DNA from: Daphnia carinata
Taxonomy: Eukaryota
Assembly (NCBI RefSeq): GCF_022539665.2
Contig: NC_081332.1
Location: 5,084,001-5,148,000 of the forward strand
Length of the DNA stretch: 64,000 nucleotides
Direction of reading: 5' to 3'
Below the pieces are notes generated by a model. That model saw only the letters and a program-made list of their open reading frames with translations. It searched no databases and had not been told where the DNA came from. The position numbers and the translations under genes were made by a program. Shown piece by piece: positions 59,564 to 64,000 of the stretch (position 1 is the stretch's first letter; every line of letters starts with the position of its first letter).

Positions 59564-61328
59564 TCGTACAAGTTTGCCACTGGTTTAGTACTGTTGTGCC
59601 CCAAACCAATTACCGATTTGTATGTACACACAACTATGTACAGAAATTCTGCAAGAATAATAAGAAAACATTTAGTTATAATTACCAGTCACAATCTTTT
59701 CACAGTCTTGTCCTTATTACTACAAACTGCTTCTCGTGTACAGAATTTCGCAATTTAAGAGCAATTTAGCAACATAAATAATCGATCATTGAAGTACGAC
59801 GTTAGTATAAAGACCCAAATTGTTTGCACAAACATAGACGTCCATAGTTAACAACAAAAGTATGAATTTGAAATGAAATGCGGATTGATGAAGGCTGACT
59901 TTCATGAAACCTTAATCAATATTCTTCAATCGCTTTTTGGACATCAAGAACAATACAAAGGATAGGCCATGTGGCTTCTAGACGCCATCTTTGCTGGAAA
60001 AAGAAAGAAGGGGGACGCCGGCAACAATCGTCGCCCGCGCCCGTTTCTATAAGCCCTTGTGAGCCCTCGTTGGATACGAGACACAAAATATATTAACTGT
60101 TGGATTGAAAACTACAATGTTCATTCCGACTACCTTATTGCCCTTTCCACTCTTACTAAACACGACCGACTTATAAATTCACGAAATGTTTTTAAGTAAA
60201 TTCCAATGTGAAAATCGAGGCCGTACCTGCTGCAAAGTAGATTCTACACGATGATCACACACAAAGCCACTCGTAAGTTCGTAGGACAGCAACGGTGCCA
60301 ATTCGCTTTTGAAACCATCTACCGTATACGGGCCTTGGCCTCCCTTGTACGTTCCCTTGTGCTTCTTGCATCTGTCGTTTAATTCCACTTTTAAATATAT
60401 TATGAACACTAATATTGCAAGATACATAGCTATATGTTAAAACATTGATCCGCTTATTGATCCACCTGCCTATTTAGAGAGATGGTCAGCTGCCTTTTCA
60501 TACCGTTGTTGCCAAGACGTACTCGAGTTTAATTTTATAATGAATCCTGGCATTGTTTTTAGATCGAGACAATCTCACAGTTCTATGGCTTTTCTTTTGG
60601 TTCTCTTGTTACTGAAAGTTTGTGGCTTTTATCCGCGAATAAACTAAGCCAAACCCGTGATAAAAACTCGTTTAGCATGATGTTTGCCTTGGTAGTTTTT
60701 TTCTAGCTGGTAAAATCATTTTACTAATACCCTTTTTTAAATATGTTTTGTAACCATTTACAGAAGTGGCGCGGAAAAAGTCATCCGATTTCTGTACGGA
60801 TTTCGTATAATATTTTTTCATCTTCACCATAATATCACTGGTCTAGTATTATATTAGGACATGCTTAATGACACCCTTTTTACCATTGAGTATCTTCATT
60901 GCTGGGGAGAAAAAATGGCGGCAAAATGCTATTTCACCTCAGTGAATGTTAAAAGGCAGAAGTATGTGTACTGCAAAGATCATGAAGCACGCAAAATTTG
61001 ACCTACCATGTTTGAGTTTCATATCAGTTTTCCTAGTTAAGCAAGAATAATCGACTAGTTTGGACGGATAAAACAATACAACATGTTACCCGACCTAAAT
61101 CAGTCATCGTGTTAACAAATTTGTAGAGAGCCTGGATAATTTGCATAGTATTTGATCGATTAATTGTATGTATCGATCTTTGAAATCGATTTAAAAGTTA
61201 TCATATGTTTACTGTACCAAATTATTTTTTGTCATTTGTTTTGCTTCGAAAATTTACGAAAAATGTTTACGAAATTACTTCTCTCAACTTTAATGTCCTA
61301 CTAGTGAGGCAAGGGAAACTTACGAAGC

Positions 61329-63178
61329 ATGGATCGGCTCACATTTCAAATAAGTGAGCTAGTCGATTATTTACAGGTAAATTTATTCAATGATATGACC
61401 TCATGCTAAAGACAAGCTAGAAGTCTTTATCGCCTAGCACACCATTTCACCTTACATTGAGAGCAGTACAAGATTGGCGAGAAATGCCTTAAGCTATGTT
61501 ACAAACCATAGCAATTCAGCCTTTTCCAATCTATTGGGACCCAGAGATGGAGGAATTCCTTTTCATACCTGGATAAGTTGGCAGTGGAGTTGGTTTTCAG
61601 GGAATTGCCGCTCATGCATCAATAGTTTTCAGCAATCTCTTTCGGTCCACTACAGTGAATTGGGCCATTCCTTTGAAAATGTGGTTATTATTGTTCAACA
61701 GAAATGCTCCCAGATGCAAACTGTGCTTAGTTATCAAATTTTTCAAAAACTTCTGTCTGCAGTTGATCAAAGCCACATCTATTTTCTTATTTCTGGAGTT
61801 GCCATTGGATTCATCATTGGGATACAAATCAAACAAAATGTCAAACCTCTAACATACATGAGGGCTTTAGTGTGCAACTCATATGCTGGTGCACCAGAGT
61901 CTATTGCAATGGTTGATGACATGGTAGCTCCCAGCAGCTGTGGGACAGAAGATGTGCTAATCCAAGTTAAAGCTGCTTCCATAGACCCTATGGACATCAA
62001 AATTACCTTTGGATATGGCAGAGTGATTAGAAATCAGTATCATCATTATCATAAAGTACTAGAAATATGTTTGCTATAATTGTTTTGTTTTTCTTTTCTT
62101 TAAAGTTCACTCATTTTGTCTTGCTATTTTTGGTGCAATTTAAGACACATGGAAAGATCTTGCTCTTTCCGTTTGTTCTAGGGAGAGAATGCTCCGGAAG
62201 AATTATTGAAATAGGAACAAAAGTGCAGCATTTGGATGTTGGGGACGAAGTTTACGCCGCAGTACCTTATTACGCCTGCGGAACAGCTTCCGAATGCGTT
62301 CTTATACCTGCTCAATGGGTGGCCAAAAAACCAAGAAAGTTGTCTTATGAAGCAGCCGCCTCTTTGCCGTATTCAGCATCAGTGGTTTGGAATGCGCTCG
62401 TCCATCAGGCTTCTTTCAATGAACTCACTACTCCGGGAAAACGGTAATGAATGTTTGATTCCAACAACCCTCATAAAGGAAAGGTCTCACAATCCTGTTT
62501 GCACAAAAATAGGGTACTGATTCACAGCGTTGACAATCCAGTAGGGTGTATCGCCGCACAGCTGGTAAAAGCCTGGGGCGGTCATGTAACTGCCACTGTG
62601 AGCTCACGAGGAATGATTACGGCCCAACAACTGGGTATAGATGATTTGATTCTTCATGATGGCCAGCATGTAGATTTCGACACACTGCTGTTGTCTTGCT
62701 CAAAGTTTGATCTTGTGCTCAATACCGTTGGCTCGATTTTGCACGATTCGTGCCGTTCGCTCTGCCGTGATGGAGGGCTTGTAGTATCAACAGTCGCCTC
62801 TCCGCCTGCATCTGACAAGTATGGTTTGATTTACGGATCCTTGTACTCCGTGTGGCTCCGAATACGACTTAAATTTCTCAAGGTTAGTCCGCCTTCCAAA
62901 AAGTTATCCCATTCCACATTAGACATTTCTTAGTTAATCTGTTTTTAAATATGCAGGATTCTATCTGTGGCTCTACAGTAATATCCAAGTCTATTTTGGA
63001 AGAAATCTCAAATCTAGTCAACAAGGGCCAACTGCAACCAGTCATCGAGCGTGTGTTCGAAATTGACCAGGCTGAACAAGCTGGCCAATATGCTGCCAAG
63101 GGTGACCATATTGGAAAAATCATAATACGATTCAGGTATTGGGATAAAAAGAATTACTTTTTTTTTCAAGATGTGTAA
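61329..63178 (+). CDS. Reticulon-4-interacting protein 1-like (MDR/quinone oxidoreductase-like); 3' end uncertain
   Basis: DVLIQVKAASIDPMDIKITFGYG; FPFVLGRECSGRIIEIG; KPRKLSYEAAASLPY; AAQLVKAWGGHVTAT; GQLQPVIERVF...GKIIIRF. Exon 1 61329-61376 splices in frame to 61438. Confidence 0.8.
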
Positions 63179-63245
63179 TCGGATTGGAGGAGCAACATAA
63201 GTGCAAACTTCCCTTGTCTGTAAAAATAAGTTTGCGGTACACATT

Positions 63246-63909
63246 TTATTCCTCCTCTTCTGCTTCGCCTTCCTCTCCGCCTTCTTCCCCACTCCCAGCT
63301 TCGTTTGCTCCAGCTCCCTCGGCTTCCATATCAGATTGATCATCGTCACCTGTTGAGAAAAGAAAGCAAACCAGATTAATTCCAATGGCAATTGAAAATA
63401 CCGCTTCCACGTTATTACCTGCAATTTCAGCATTTTCCAACTCAGCTTTCTCCATTTGACGCGCCAACTCAGCCTCATCCATCGCAGTAACAACTTTGGG
63501 CTGGAGGGAGGAAAACAAGCATTAGACCTCTGATTATACTATTTGTACAGACAAACTTACAGCCATTTGTATATTGAAAACGCCTCCAAGACTGACAATC
63601 AGCTCTTTCACTTTTTCGATGGCTGCTTCTAGACCCTTGAGTCCATCTTGACGTTCGGGCGTCTGTGTCGTCATGACGTAAAGTGGAGGTGCAATCAAGT
63701 TAATTTTGATAGGGATCTCTTCGGTAGAGCAGGCGATACCAGCCTTTAAGGCTTTTTTCACGGCACCAATTCCCTCGTAGCCATAGCAGGCTACCTCGAT
63801 GTCGGCGCGGATTTTCACGGCCTGTTGAGTCAGCTTCCGCCTAATAATACCCAAAAGCGTCTCTTTGGTGTTGTCGTCCAGACCGCATTCGTCGAGAAGA
63901 GAAGGATCA
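63246..63909 (-). CDS. EIF2S1: Eukaryotic translation initiation factor 2 alpha subunit, 3' portion; gene continues beyond the window
   Basis: [80 protein letters not shown]; acidic tail. Confidence 0.95.
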
Positions 63910-64000
63910 CTAAATTCAAAATAAATTAATGTTACGATCTGAAATTTTTAGAAATCGGCCCTTAAACCGCATGGAAGGACTTGCATAGGAGCAGCACAGG

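Overview
AT-rich, gene-dense eukaryotic DNA with short (about 60-100 nt) GT-AG introns. The proteins are arthropod-like, and the style fits a branchiopod crustacean such as Daphnia (inference). Recognisable spliced genes in order: EIPR1/TSSC1 (+), Jiraiya/TMEM221-like (+), CCBE1 (+), two paralogous intronless small membrane proteins (+), a BTB-BACK-TLDc protein (-), frizzled-2/Fz5-8 class (+), pipsqueak (-), METTL3 (+), RNF144-like RBR ligase (+), cytoplasmic AsnRS (-), INTS3 (+), lingerer/UBAP2L (-), an RTN4IP1-like MDR protein (+) and the 3' part of eIF2-alpha (-). Accessory DNA includes a tRNA-like element, a decayed multi-exon pseudogene, a heavily decayed Penelope-like retroelement ending in hammerhead-ribozyme-like relics, a roughly 375-bp fold-back (MITE-like) palindrome with a related fragment 52 kb away, and an orphan ORF split by a single in-frame stop. 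No prokaryotic systems or CRISPR arrays were seen. Exon boundaries were inferred by eye and family assignments come from remembered motifs, not database searches.
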